Below are positions 18,901 through 28,252 of a stretch of 64,000 bases of DNA, in pieces (the stretch's first letter is position 1; every line of letters starts with the position of its first letter). Position numbers and translations under genes: made by a program. The stretch is from NCBI GenBank assembly GCA_039917105.1, contig JBDSKE010000251.1, positions 16,035 to 80,034 of the forward strand, in the 5' to 3' direction. Origin of the DNA: Candidatus Eiseniibacteriota bacterium. Its GTDB lineage: Bacteria > Eisenbacteria > RBG-16-71-46. The notes under the pieces were generated by a model that was not told where the DNA came from, searched no databases, and saw only the letters and a program-made list of their open reading frames with translations.

Positions 18901-21186
18901 TGGGCGGTGACGGGCTCGGGATTGTGGGGCACCGCGGCCAACTGGTCCCCGGCGCGAACCACGCCTGCCACCGACGACATCCTGATCTTCGACAACGGCG
19001 CGACGACCACCGCCACCAGCGTGCCGACGCAGACCATTGGCCAGCTGCGCGTGCTGAACAATACCTCTGTTCTACTCCAGCCTGCCGCCGCGGTGACGCT
19101 CACTGTTTTGGGTTCAAGCGGCACCGACCTGTCGGTGGCGACAGGCTCCGCACTACGGATGACGGCGGCCAGCGCTCTCACCATCGCACTCGTCAGCGGT
19201 GCCACTGGCGCAATCTCGGGCAACCTCACTGTGACTTCGGCTGCGCATCGCCTGGTCGCACTCGACGCTGGTTCGGTGTTGTTCCAGAACGGCTCGTTGG
19301 TCAGTGTCGGCACGGGGGCCACGGGAAATCTCTTCGGCACCGGCACGGGTACGAGTGGGCTCAACTCGGTCGTGTTCCAGGGCGGCTCGATCTTCGCGCA
19401 GAGCGCCGGCGCGAACCCGTTCGGCGCTTCTGCCCCGAACTCGGTGGTGATGTTCCAGGCCGGCAGCCGCTTCCGTCTGGACGGCGCGGTGACGCCGTCT
19501 GTTTCGGGGCGCCAATATGCGGACTTCGAACACAACACGAGTGGCACGACCTCATTGACCGGAGCGACCGCGTTCGGCATGGATAGCCTGATCGTCACAC
19601 AAGGCACCCTCAACTTGAACCTGACTGGCGGCGGCACCGTGCGCGGGGATGTGAGGGTCCGGGCCGCCGCAACCCTCACATGCAGCGCCTCGAGCGGCAC
19701 GCCGGTGATCCAGCTGGGTGGCTCAGTGGCACAGTCGGTCCAGGTCCTGGGCGCGTTCAGCACCACGAGCAACACCACGCTGCAGATCAACAATCCGCTC
19801 GGGGTTACGCTACAGAGCAACCTGACGCCGGGGGGCACAGTGAACTTCGTGGCCGGGCGGATCACGACAGGTGCGAACACGCTGATCATCCCCGCTGCGG
19901 GCACCGTCACCGGGGCCGCGCCCGGCACGGGTTGGGTCGTGGGCAGCCTGCGTCGCAACTTCCCCGTTGGGGCCTCGAGCCGCACTTTCGATGTGGGCGA
20001 TGGCACCGTTCACGCACCGATCACGGTGGCCATGACCGGCGCGGTCTCGACATTCGACGCGACGGGAAGCACCACCACGCTCGATCACCCGAACCTGGCC
20101 ACCTCCGACCTCAATGCGGCCAAGACGGTGAACCGCTTCTGGACGCTGACCCCCGTGGGTTCACCGTCTTTCACGGGTTATGACGCGACTTTCCAATTCG
20201 ATGCCGCCGATATCGATGCGGGCGCGTTGCCCGGCAGTTTCGTGCTTCGCCGATTCGCCACGGGCGTCTGGTCGCCACTGACGGCGGGAATCCTTGCAGC
20301 GACAAGTTCGCAGGCAACGGCAGTCACATCGTTCGGCGACTTCGCCGTGGGGCAGACGGTCAGCTACACCATCACGGCCAGCGCAGGAGCCTCGGGGACG
20401 ATCACGCCAAGCGGCGCAGTGGGCGTTGCCTCTGGTGCGAACCAGTCTTTCACGATTGTCGCGAACGCCGGGAGCGTGATTGCGGACGTGCTCGTGGACG
20501 GCGCGAGTGTGGGCGCGGTCGGCAGCTTCGCCTTCACGAATGTAACCGCGAACCACACGATCGCGGCTTCGTTCACCGATATCGCCGTGCCAGTGGCAAC
20601 GGTCACGGCGCCCAACGGCGGCGAGACGCTCACGATTGGAACCACGGCATCGCTCACTTGGACCGCGACGGACAACGTGGCGGTCAGCGCGGTGGACCTA
20701 CTGCTCTCCACTTCGGGTGCGGCGGGCCCCTTTTCCGCAATCACCACGGGCATTGCGAATGCCGGAACGTACGCATGGACGGTTGCCGGGCCCGCCACCA
20801 GCAACGCCTTCCTCAAAGTGGTCGCGCATGATGCCGCAGGAAACTCGGGTGAGGACGTGAGCGACGCGGCGTTTGCAATTGCGAGCACGACCGCAGCGGA
20901 CGTTACCGCGGTCACGGCTTTCTCGCTCGCCCCCGTGACCCCGAACCCGACGCGTGGCGCGGGACGTGTGGAGTTCGCGCTGCCGCGCACGGCAGAAGTC
21001 CGAGTGAGCGTGGTGGACCTGATGGGCCGCGAGGTGATGGTCTTGACCGAGGCAACATACGAAGCCGGACGGCACAGCGTGTCCTTCGCGGGGACCCGCT
21101 CGGGAATGCTGAACGCGGGTCTGTACTTCGTGCAGATGCGCGTGAGCGGTCAGACTTTCAACCGGCGGTTCGCGGTCACGCGTTGA
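15925..21186 (+). CDS. very large secreted multidomain surface protein (approx. 1750 aa) with T9SS-type C-terminal sorting domain
   Basis: Signal peptide MKRMLSGALAALILLSSFPLRAFA; unknown ~550-aa N-terminal domain; CarboxypepD_reg-like and IPT/TIG-like segments; two copies of an Ig-like module (...TWTATDxxVxSxDLxLSTxG...); InlB B-repeat-like units (YTLAVTVVGSGSVVKSPDQPTYDSGTVVQLTATPAAGWNFTGWSGD); beta-helical G/T/S-rich repeats; C-terminus NPTRGAGRVEFALPRTAEVRVSVVDLMGREV...GLYFVQMRV matches T9SS CTD pattern. Confidence 0.7.
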   Translation: MKRMLSGALAALILLSSFPLRAFAQPPGANPMSARGGSITPRSFEFNSLPGRSGDQLGLIAKRKPEGINRETEARVEALKLHPQGLTPDRLGLVTLDRTTGVRGFSAQADLSPLAPAINNGFDGITQGPYIPSEPTVAAGALNILSAGNVSITVTNKDGTNKVETNGATFFGVPAAEGAISDAQCYYDALRGRFVALCFTQGTTPNFSFFYLAVSKTNDARGAWWLYKFDMTLNGATASSNWADYQALGVSDDKIAMTGQMFSFAGDAYQYQKVRVLDRAGAYSGATLSYVDFFNFAAPPGGDIDDLFVTKAARNLSAGDNTIHLLCVRTAGGTNVTYRTITGTPAAPALSAGTRVTVATYTPPPDAVQKGSATLVPTNDCRPTDFYVRGGVLVCAWHTAANLGGQVAALRLFRLRTSDQVVLTDETYGAAGTFYYYPAVTVDSVGTVFLGFDRSSSTEYPSAYATGKRRGEATLQSSALLKAGVSSTSQTRWGDYTGIDNDASASGPNASVAWYAGQYTKGTNTFGTWVNKLTYSYGQISGTVANDCDGIAGTTADRTPLTGFTVTLKQGATTVGATISGAAGDYSFGYLETGLYDVVVTAPVGGSTVDAIAGTGATSQTRVSDSDVQVNLTNAQISTGNAFVVSTAHTTAATTSISPNSKNVGDGAFPMTVNGTGFLLCSVVRLDGADRATTYVSSTQLTAQIPASDMLAGAVRNITVFHTAPGGGVSNAQTFTIGGTPDTQAPVATLTSPAGGESWPVGSSQNITWTATDDIVVSSIDLALSTDGGASFPTTIATAIANSGTFAWTVPGTPSSTARVRVVARDGANNLGSDSTHTNFTISGFLVTASAGANGTISPSGAVAVAPGATPSYVISPAAGYHVLDVLVNGGSVGPVTNYTFAAISSNQTIAATFAINLYTLAVTVVGSGSVVKSPDQPTYDSGTVVQLTATPAAGWNFTGWSGDASGITNPLGVTMSANKNITATFTQHIYTWAVTGSGLWGTAANWSPARTTPATDDILIFDNGATTTATSVPTQTIGQLRVLNNTSVLLQPAAAVTLTVLGSSGTDLSVATGSALRMTAASALTIALVSGATGAISGNLTVTSAAHRLVALDAGSVLFQNGSLVSVGTGATGNLFGTGTGTSGLNSVVFQGGSIFAQSAGANPFGASAPNSVVMFQAGSRFRLDGAVTPSVSGRQYADFEHNTSGTTSLTGATAFGMDSLIVTQGTLNLNLTGGGTVRGDVRVRAAATLTCSASSGTPVIQLGGSVAQSVQVLGAFSTTSNTTLQINNPLGVTLQSNLTPGGTVNFVAGRITTGANTLIIPAAGTVTGAAPGTGWVVGSLRRNFPVGASSRTFDVGDGTVHAPITVAMTGAVSTFDATGSTTTLDHPNLATSDLNAAKTVNRFWTLTPVGSPSFTGYDATFQFDAADIDAGALPGSFVLRRFATGVWSPLTAGILAATSSQATAVTSFGDFAVGQTVSYTITASAGASGTITPSGAVGVASGANQSFTIVANAGSVIADVLVDGASVGAVGSFAFTNVTANHTIAASFTDIAVPVATVTAPNGGETLTIGTTASLTWTATDNVAVSAVDLLLSTSGAAGPFSAITTGIANAGTYAWTVAGPATSNAFLKVVAHDAAGNSGEDVSDAAFAIASTTAADVTAVTAFSLAPVTPNPTRGAGRVEFALPRTAEVRVSVVDLMGREVMVLTEATYEAGRHSVSFAGTRSGMLNAGLYFVQMRVSGQTFNRRFAVTR

Positions 21187-21212
21187 TTCGGACGACAACA
21201 TTGACAACAGGA

Positions 21213-22193
21213 CTATGGCGTCCGCGGCCCGCGCGGCCTGAGCCCGAGTTTCGCAAGCGCGGCCTCGCCGCCTGGACCATTCAGTTTCCAGTACGGTAAC
21301 CGGTCGCTTCCGATCAACTGCGCCAGTTCACCATCGCTACAGCTCCACTTCACGATTCGGCCCGGGGCGGCGGTCTCGGTGAAAAACGTCCACTGTCGAC
21401 CCCCTTCAACGCTCACCGTGCTCACGGCGCACGCGAATGTGCCCGCTGGAACCGTTACCGACTGGGGCGCCAGCACGCGTGCGAAGTTCGCCTTGGCAAC
21501 CGCTTGGGGCTTGTGTAGCAGGCGCGACTCGCGCAGGGATCGAACCAATGGCACGGAGACGGACTCTCCCGGCTTCACCACCGGGTACGCCAGCCCGCGA
21601 GCCCACACGAGCAGGGCATCTTCACTCACGGCTTCCAGTGGAATGGGCAGCGTGGACGACTGGTCCGCCTCGCCGTCAAAGTAGCTGTGCGCGGTGAATC
21701 GCGCGGCATTGGCGTCGAACAATAGCTGGCTGAATGCATGCCCGCACCATTCCTGCGCAGAGAACGATACCTTCGTCGGCGCGCCAGCGGGGCGGCCATT
21801 GACAGGTGTGACCGCTGTGAACGCGCTGGTCATCAGGTTGTAGTCGTAGACCCCTGTGGCGAAGTCCTGGACCAAGTTCAACTTCATCACCGGATACTCG
21901 TCGCTCTTGGGATGCTTGCCAGGGTCCGCTTTCACGCGCAGCGTGTTCGAGAACGATTCGGTCACGAAGATCGTGACCGCCACGCCCTTGCGGACTGAAC
22001 CGTATCGCGGAGTCTCGAAGTCATAGCCCGCCATTTCTGCGCGACCATCGCCCCAGAGCTTCCAGAAAGCGTTGCCGAACTCCGGGCTGGTCCCCCGAGC
22101 GGGCGATGCCGCGATCTTGGCCGCCGGCGGCGCGGCCGTCACGCACGAGGTGAGCAAGGCGAACAAGGCGATCGACACGAAACGACGGACCAT
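21213..22193 (-). CDS. hypothetical secreted protein
   Basis: Start chosen at MVRRFVSIALFALLTSCVTA signal peptide (the ORF-track N-extension to 22439 would overlap the upstream gene); 24-nt gap to the M1 peptidase gene, probably co-transcribed. Confidence 0.45.
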   Translation of the reverse strand: MVRRFVSIALFALLTSCVTAAPPAAKIAASPARGTSPEFGNAFWKLWGDGRAEMAGYDFETPRYGSVRKGVAVTIFVTESFSNTLRVKADPGKHPKSDEYPVMKLNLVQDFATGVYDYNLMTSAFTAVTPVNGRPAGAPTKVSFSAQEWCGHAFSQLLFDANAARFTAHSYFDGEADQSSTLPIPLEAVSEDALLVWARGLAYPVVKPGESVSVPLVRSLRESRLLHKPQAVAKANFARVLAPQSVTVPAGTFACAVSTVSVEGGRQWTFFTETAAPGRIVKWSCSDGELAQLIGSDRLPYWKLNGPGGEAALAKLGLRPRGPRTP

Positions 22194-22216
22194 GGTTGGG
22201 GCTCCTTGCGGCAAGC

Positions 22217-24286
22217 TCAGGGACACGGGGTGAAGTCCAGCTCGTCGGTGCCGTAAACATACTTCTGGAAGAACGGATGCAAGTCGTTTCCGGTGATTTC
22301 TTCGGCCACGTGGAGAAAATCCTCGGTGCGCGCGCGCCGACCCGAATAGCGCTCCGAGAACGCGCGGAGGATCCGTTCGAACCGGGCATCGCCCTCCCGT
22401 GCGTCTCGCAACTTGCAGCGCAGGCGGTCCAAGACCCATGCGCTCTTCATGTAGAGCACCGTCTGGCGGTCTCCCGGCGTGCTACTGCTGTGGACCCGCG
22501 TGCCCAGCGCGATGGGCCCCGCCTCCTGGCCATCACCGAACAAGTAGCGACGGTTCGATTCCATCTGGTCACGCCAGGCGGCGAGGACCGTGGAGTAGAC
22601 CACCGGCTGCGCGAGCGCAGTGGCAGGATGATAGATGCTCAGGAAGCTCGCGAATCCCTCCGCGAGCCAGGTATCCCGATCGCGAGCCGGTTCCACTCCC
22701 AATCCCCACCATTGGTGCGCGATCTCGTGATAACGGTACAGCTCAGGTGAGTACTGCGCGCCGGGAAGGCTCTTGTTCGCAAGCGGCATGAGATGGATCA
22801 ACCCGGGGAACGCCTCGAAGCGCAAACGCGGTGTCTCAATCGCGTTCAGCGTGGGCGCCAACGCGCGGCCACCCAGGCGCTGCATCGAAAGCACCGCGCG
22901 CGCCACATCGAGCGCGACGCCGTCGTCGTACCGCCTGCTCCTGCCCAGCTCAGCCATGGTGCGCCGTTCCACGCGGCCTGCACCGGCAACATGATGCGTC
23001 CATACCGTCAAGGGCGGCAGGCTGTCGTTCACCACCTCGATTCCACGGAAGTAGCCCAGATCGAATGCCGCGAGCGCGCTTGGGTGTTCCTGCACCCAGC
23101 GCGTGTGGCGCCGACTTCCCTCCAAGCGGTTCTCCGTGCGCACACCGGAAGCGACTGATTGCATGCCCGCGGGGTGCGTGAGCTCGAGATCCCACGTTGC
23201 CGGCTGCATGAACGCAGCCCGGGGATACCAATCACTCGTGCTTGGCAACCCGAGCCAGTCGTCCTCAAGCCGTTCGAGCATCTCGCCCCGATACTCGAAT
23301 CGCAGCACCTTGGGCGCCCCGGGCTCGAGCGCCGGCGCCAGATGCACCCAGACGGCATTGCGGTCTTTTTCCTGATGGAACACCACGGGAGCATTGTCCA
23401 GCGTCACACGTCCCAGTCGTAGGTGTGGATGGAGCGCGAACGGCAGCCATTCGCATGAACGGTCCTTTGCCTCGACCGTCACATCGGCCGAGACCGAGGC
23501 CTTCAGATCGCTGCCGATCGCGACTTGCAGGTGATACGCCGTTGCCGCGAAAGGCGCTCGCACATCCGTGCGCGAGGTGTCCGGATCTCCCTCGCGTACC
23601 TGTCGGCTCACTACCTCGGTGGAGTTCAACCGCCACAGCCCGCGCCGATCATCCTTGGGCCGACGTTGGAGTTGAACGCCCTCGGTGGCGTAAGGGTCCA
23701 CGATCAAATAGAGCGGTTCCTCCCGCGGCGTCCATGCGCTCGCCCAGAACAGGCCGGTGTCCGCATTCGCAAGCGTGAACGCCACTGCCAACGGACGCAG
23801 CACCTCGTTATCGCGATCAGTGAGATGGGGCTCGAGATCGCGCCACACGCGGTTCAATGTCCCCAGCGTTTCTGGCGCGAAGTGAAGCGAACTCTGCAAC
23901 TCGTTCAGCGTGGTGTCCGCAAAGACCAACAACAGTTGGGTGAATGCCCGACGAACCGTGGTCCGACCGAACATGCGGCGCATCTGTTCGCGTTCCAGCG
24001 CACTCCGCGGCGTGTAACTGATGGAGCCGGTGCCTTGGAACGCGGCGGCGCATACGCGCCCTCCCAACGGTCGGGCGAGCGCCAACCGACCCTCCTCCAA
24101 TACGATCGCCCCAGCGTCCCGTTGCAGGATGAGGCTCTGCACCCGCGCGACACTCAATGAGTCAAGACGCCACGAGGTCACCCCGCGGTGCAAGTCGGCC
24201 CAACTCACGAAGCTCGAGCGCGCCTGGGCCCGCGTCGCCGCGCAAGAGAGTACGAGTCCGATCAACAGCATGAGCACGCGTCGCAT
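22217..24286 (-). CDS. M1-family zinc metallopeptidase (aminopeptidase N-like), secreted
   Basis: HEIAHQWWG ... WLAEGFASF (HExxH + E zinc-binding signature); N-terminal signal peptide MRRVLMLLIGLVLSCAATRAQA. Confidence 0.8.
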   Translation of the reverse strand: MRRVLMLLIGLVLSCAATRAQARSSFVSWADLHRGVTSWRLDSLSVARVQSLILQRDAGAIVLEEGRLALARPLGGRVCAAAFQGTGSISYTPRSALEREQMRRMFGRTTVRRAFTQLLLVFADTTLNELQSSLHFAPETLGTLNRVWRDLEPHLTDRDNEVLRPLAVAFTLANADTGLFWASAWTPREEPLYLIVDPYATEGVQLQRRPKDDRRGLWRLNSTEVVSRQVREGDPDTSRTDVRAPFAATAYHLQVAIGSDLKASVSADVTVEAKDRSCEWLPFALHPHLRLGRVTLDNAPVVFHQEKDRNAVWVHLAPALEPGAPKVLRFEYRGEMLERLEDDWLGLPSTSDWYPRAAFMQPATWDLELTHPAGMQSVASGVRTENRLEGSRRHTRWVQEHPSALAAFDLGYFRGIEVVNDSLPPLTVWTHHVAGAGRVERRTMAELGRSRRYDDGVALDVARAVLSMQRLGGRALAPTLNAIETPRLRFEAFPGLIHLMPLANKSLPGAQYSPELYRYHEIAHQWWGLGVEPARDRDTWLAEGFASFLSIYHPATALAQPVVYSTVLAAWRDQMESNRRYLFGDGQEAGPIALGTRVHSSSTPGDRQTVLYMKSAWVLDRLRCKLRDAREGDARFERILRAFSERYSGRRARTEDFLHVAEEITGNDLHPFFQKYVYGTDELDFTPCP

Positions 24287-24510
24287 GGCTGCTCCTGGTC
24301 GTGGGAAGGGATGCCTTGCGCAGCGTGCCGCCGGTCCGGCGCGCCGTCAATCCCATCGCGAGCTGATGCCGGATCCTGAAAAGTCCATTAGGCTGGCGGT
24401 TCACCTGTTCCGCCTCGGGGGACCCGTATGGACTCTTCGCCACTCGACCCTGTGAACGACGCCCGTCCGTATTCGGGCGCGTGGGTGGACTACGGCGGGG
24501 CGGCACGGGC

Positions 24511-26151
24511 ATGAGGCGCCTGCTCCCATTGGTGCTGCTCGCATTGCTCGCGATCACGCTTCTGCCCGGGCTGGCCGCCGTGGACGCCCTCGACTGGCGC
24601 GAAGCGCGCGATGCCGAGGTGGCCCGCGCCACCTCGGGCAGCCTGGAGTGGGTCGCGCCCTTGTACGCGAACGAGCCATGGTTCGAAAAGCCCCTGTTCG
24701 GCTACACCCACGAACTCGTGGCCACGCGGCTGTTACGATGGCTCGCACCCGGTGCGCCGAACGAGCTGACCGAGGCCGCCGTCTCGCGCGCAGTGCGCGC
24801 GGCGATCGCCGCCGCGCTTGCGCTGCTCACCGCGAGCATCGGGGCGCGGTGTTTCGGCATGCGAGGCGGATGGCTCGGTGGGTGCGCGCTGGCGAGCATG
24901 CTGGGGTTGCCGCTCGCGACCCGTTCCGACGGTGCACAACTACTCGCGACGCTGCTCGCCTGGCTCGGCATCGGCGCACTGCTCGACGTGGTACGCGGGC
25001 GAGCGGCGTTCCCGAACCTGACGCGTTTGTTCGCGTACCTGGCCTTCGGCCTCGCATTCGTGACCGCAGGGCCGATGCCGGCGCTATGGCCCTTGCTCGG
25101 GTTCGCGTTCTACTTCGCGCTGGCGCGACGCCAGGTGGGGTGGCGTGAGGTGCGCCCGCTGGGGGGCATCGCGATCATCGCGGGGGTCGCACTGCCGTGG
25201 TACGGCGTGATGACCGCGTTGTTCGGAGGTCAGTTCCTGGCACGGGTGCCGTGGTTCCCGTATGCCGCCGAAACCCGCGGGGCGTGGTTCACCGGCCCGT
25301 TGCTCGCGCTCTCGTTCACCGCAGTGCTGAGCTTCCCGTGGGCGTCGTTGCTCGGAGCCTCGCTTCGCGATGCGGCTATGCGGCTACGGTTCACCCGTCC
25401 GGTCGGAGCGCCCGACGCAACCGACGCGGACCACACTTCACACTTGGTGTTGGCTTTGATGTTCGCTGCCGTTGTGCCAGTCGCGCTCTACCCCGGCCCG
25501 CCACTCACTGCAGCGCTCCCCGCCCTGCCCGCCATGGCCCTGCTGTGTGGTCGCTTCCTGGATCGAGTGCTGGAGGGGGACGCGCACCCTTCGCATCTCA
25601 CCGCTGCGACGCGGCTCGCAGCCCTGATGGGCACAGCGGCAGCGTTGCTCGGGCTCACCTTGGCGTCACAGTTGCGCGAAGCAGCGCCGAGCCTGCGCCT
25701 CCTCTCCGCGGCATTGTTCCTGGCGTGCTGGGCGCCATTGCTCGCCGACTTGCGCGGTGCGCGCCGTTTGGCAGCAGCGCTGTTCATGCTGCCCATGCTG
25801 GTCACCTCTCCGATCCTGTTCACACGGGTGATGCCGCAGTTGGAACCGTGGCTCAATACCCGAGAAGTGGTGATGGCACTGAACCACACAGCGCCCCCGA
25901 ACGCGACCGTGCTCATGCCAGAAGAACCCCCGCCGTCGTTCCGGTTGCTGGCTCATCGCAATTTGGTCGTGACTTCGGCGCTGGGCCCTGCGGCCGCCAC
26001 ACTCGCGGCGCGCGACGGCCGCGTCTATGTGGTGTTCCGTCCGGCGCGCGAACGCGAGGTCGTGAAGGCATTGCGGGAACCGGTCGAAATCCTGTTACGC
26101 AGCCCCTCGCTTGTATTGGCTCGGGTGCTGCTGCCCACCACAGCACGCTGA
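24511..26151 (+). CDS. polytopic membrane protein, probable GT39/ArnT-like lipid-carrier-dependent glycosyltransferase
   Basis: Multiple hydrophobic helices throughout; topology and size consistent with PMT/ArnT-like family; assignment by architecture only. Confidence 0.4.
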   Translation: MRRLLPLVLLALLAITLLPGLAAVDALDWREARDAEVARATSGSLEWVAPLYANEPWFEKPLFGYTHELVATRLLRWLAPGAPNELTEAAVSRAVRAAIAAALALLTASIGARCFGMRGGWLGGCALASMLGLPLATRSDGAQLLATLLAWLGIGALLDVVRGRAAFPNLTRLFAYLAFGLAFVTAGPMPALWPLLGFAFYFALARRQVGWREVRPLGGIAIIAGVALPWYGVMTALFGGQFLARVPWFPYAAETRGAWFTGPLLALSFTAVLSFPWASLLGASLRDAAMRLRFTRPVGAPDATDADHTSHLVLALMFAAVVPVALYPGPPLTAALPALPAMALLCGRFLDRVLEGDAHPSHLTAATRLAALMGTAAALLGLTLASQLREAAPSLRLLSAALFLACWAPLLADLRGARRLAAALFMLPMLVTSPILFTRVMPQLEPWLNTREVVMALNHTAPPNATVLMPEEPPPSFRLLAHRNLVVTSALGPAAATLAARDGRVYVVFRPAREREVVKALREPVEILLRSPSLVLARVLLPTTAR

Positions 26152-26214
26152 AAACCGGCCCCTTATATCACTTCCGATTCTGTCCGCTGCAGTGCCGGCG
26201 AAGCGACTAGACTG

Positions 26215-27681
26215 TTGTCCATGCGACTTGATCCAGACCTTTGCTACCGCGCGTGGGTGACGCGCGACCGACGCTTTGACGGCCGCTTCTTCATGGGCGT
26301 CACGACCACTGGGATCTACTGCCGCCCGGGTTGCCCGGCGCGTCTGCCGGCGCGCCGCAATGTGCGCTTCTACCCCAGCGCGGCCGCGGCGGAAACCGAG
26401 GGATTCCGCCCCTGCCGACGCTGCCGCCCCGAAACCGCGCCGGGATCCGCCGCCGCACTGGGCACCCACGCGACCGTGGGACGGGCGCTGCGCTTGATCG
26501 AGGAGGGCGCGCTCGAGCAGGGTTCGGTCGAAAGGCTCGCCGCTCGTCTGGGCGTCACCGACCGCTGGCTGCGCGAGTTGTTCGCTCAACAACTCGGCGC
26601 TTCGCCGCTGGAGGTGGCGCAGACCCGTCGCGCGCACCTTGCCCGCCGCCTGCTGGATGAGACCGCATTGCCGCTCTCCCAGGTCGCGCTGGCATCGGGC
26701 TTCGCGGGCGAACGCCAACTGCGTCGCGCGTTACAGCGAACGTTCCACCGCAACGCCAGCGAGCTGCGCGGGAATGCGGCCACGCCCGAGGGCGCGGCGT
26801 TGACGCTATGGTTGCCCGCGCGCGAGCCGTTCGATGCTGCACCCATATTGCAGTTCCTTGGCAGTCGCGCGATTCCCGGGATCGAGGAAGTCGTGAACGA
26901 TGTCTATCGGCGCACGATCGTGCTCGAGGGCACGCCGTGCGTGCTCGCGATCGCGCCGGACGCCACGCGCGGTGTTCGGCTGTCGCTCACCCCGCCAATC
27001 GCGCGGTCGCTGCCGCGCGTTGCCGCAAAGGTGGCGCGGTTGTTCGATCTGGACGCGGACGTCGGCGCGATCCGCAAGCACCTTTCAGGTGATCCGGTGC
27101 TCGCGCGCATGCTCAAGGCGGGGCCGGTCCGAGTCCCGGGTGCTTGGGACCCATTCGAGCTCGCCGTGCGCGCGATGCTCGGACAACAGGTTTCGGTCGC
27201 TGCCGCGCGGACCCTTGCCGCGCGTCTCGTGCAGGCGACAGGCGTCGCGCTGGATCGTCCCAGTGGCTCGCTCACGCACTGCTTCCCCACGGCCGAGGCG
27301 ATTGCGGTAACGCCATTGTCGTTTCACGCGATGCCCCGAGCGCGCGCCCGGGCGCTCCAGGGGCTGGCTCGGGCCGTCGCAGATGGGGTCCTCGATCTGT
27401 CGATGCTGCGGGACCTGCAGCACGCCGTTGCCGAACTGACGGCGTTGCCGGGAATCGGTGATTGGACCGCGCAATATGTCGCGATGCGGGCACTTTCGGA
27501 GCCTGATGCATTCCCCGCCAGCGACCTGGGAGTGCGCAAGGCCCTCGCGCAAGCCGGTCGCATGCCCACCCCGAACGAAACCTTGCGCCGGGCCGAAAGC
27601 TGGCGGCCGTGGCGATCGTACGCTGTGTTCACGCTGTGGAGATCCCTGGCCGCACCTTTGCGGCGGAAAGGCTCATCATGA
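26215..27681 (+). CDS. ada-alkA: Ada-like methylphosphotriester-DNA repair/AraC-type regulator fused to AlkA-like DNA-3-methyladenine glycosylase II
   Basis: N-terminal Ada zinc domain CRPGCPARLPARRNVRFY...FRPCRRCRP; AraC-type HTH; C-terminal HhH-GPD glycosylase region (LTALPGIGDWTAQYVAMRAL); stop overlaps ogt start. Confidence 0.75.
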   Translation: MSMRLDPDLCYRAWVTRDRRFDGRFFMGVTTTGIYCRPGCPARLPARRNVRFYPSAAAAETEGFRPCRRCRPETAPGSAAALGTHATVGRALRLIEEGALEQGSVERLAARLGVTDRWLRELFAQQLGASPLEVAQTRRAHLARRLLDETALPLSQVALASGFAGERQLRRALQRTFHRNASELRGNAATPEGAALTLWLPAREPFDAAPILQFLGSRAIPGIEEVVNDVYRRTIVLEGTPCVLAIAPDATRGVRLSLTPPIARSLPRVAAKVARLFDLDADVGAIRKHLSGDPVLARMLKAGPVRVPGAWDPFELAVRAMLGQQVSVAAARTLAARLVQATGVALDRPSGSLTHCFPTAEAIAVTPLSFHAMPRARARALQGLARAVADGVLDLSMLRDLQHAVAELTALPGIGDWTAQYVAMRALSEPDAFPASDLGVRKALAQAGRMPTPNETLRRAESWRPWRSYAVFTLWRSLAAPLRRKGSS

Positions 27682-28223
27682 TCCTCGACTTGACCGTCAC
27701 CGCGACCCCCCTTGGACCGATCGCGTTGCATGCCCTGGGCGAGTGCCTCGTGGGCGTCACCCTGGACGGTAGCACCGCGCCGGACTCTGGCGTGGCGCGC
27801 CAGCTCGAACGTCATCTCGGGCCCTACACCACCCGCGCTCACGATGACGCGGCTGGCTCGGCCTCGCGACTGGCGCGCTACTTCGGGGGCGATTGGACAG
27901 CGTTGGAGGAGCAGCCGATACGGCTGTATGGCACCGAGTTCCAGTGCCGTATCTGGAACGCACTCCGCTCAATCCCGCGCGGCACCACTTGGACCTATGC
28001 ACAACTTGCAGACCACATTGGGCGGCCCCGGGCGGTACGCGCCGCGGGCGCGGCCAATGGAGCGAATCCCGTGTCGCTGTTCGTGCCTTGTCACCGGGTC
28101 ATTGCCGCCGACGGCACGCTATGGGGCTACGGTGGCGGGCTACCGCGCAAGGCTTGGTTGTTGCGCCACGAGGGTGCGCGCGGCGTTGCGAATCTTGAAC
28201 AACAAGCCCTCTCGCTCACCTGA
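27678..28223 (+). CDS. ogt: methylated-DNA--protein-cysteine methyltransferase
   Basis: Active-site PCHRV motif (LFVPCHRVIAADGTLWGYGGGL); ATG 27678 overlaps upstream stop (ATGA). Confidence 0.85.
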   Translation: MILDLTVTATPLGPIALHALGECLVGVTLDGSTAPDSGVARQLERHLGPYTTRAHDDAAGSASRLARYFGGDWTALEEQPIRLYGTEFQCRIWNALRSIPRGTTWTYAQLADHIGRPRAVRAAGAANGANPVSLFVPCHRVIAADGTLWGYGGGLPRKAWLLRHEGARGVANLEQQALSLT

Positions 28224-28252
28224 GTGGCGCGTGCATCATCTAGGATGGCTGC

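Noticed and set aside
21186-21260. Near-palindrome GGCCCGCGCGGCC downstream of the giant gene as a terminator
   Set aside because: Imperfect, and it lies inside the 3' end of the convergent minus-strand CDS. No T-tract.
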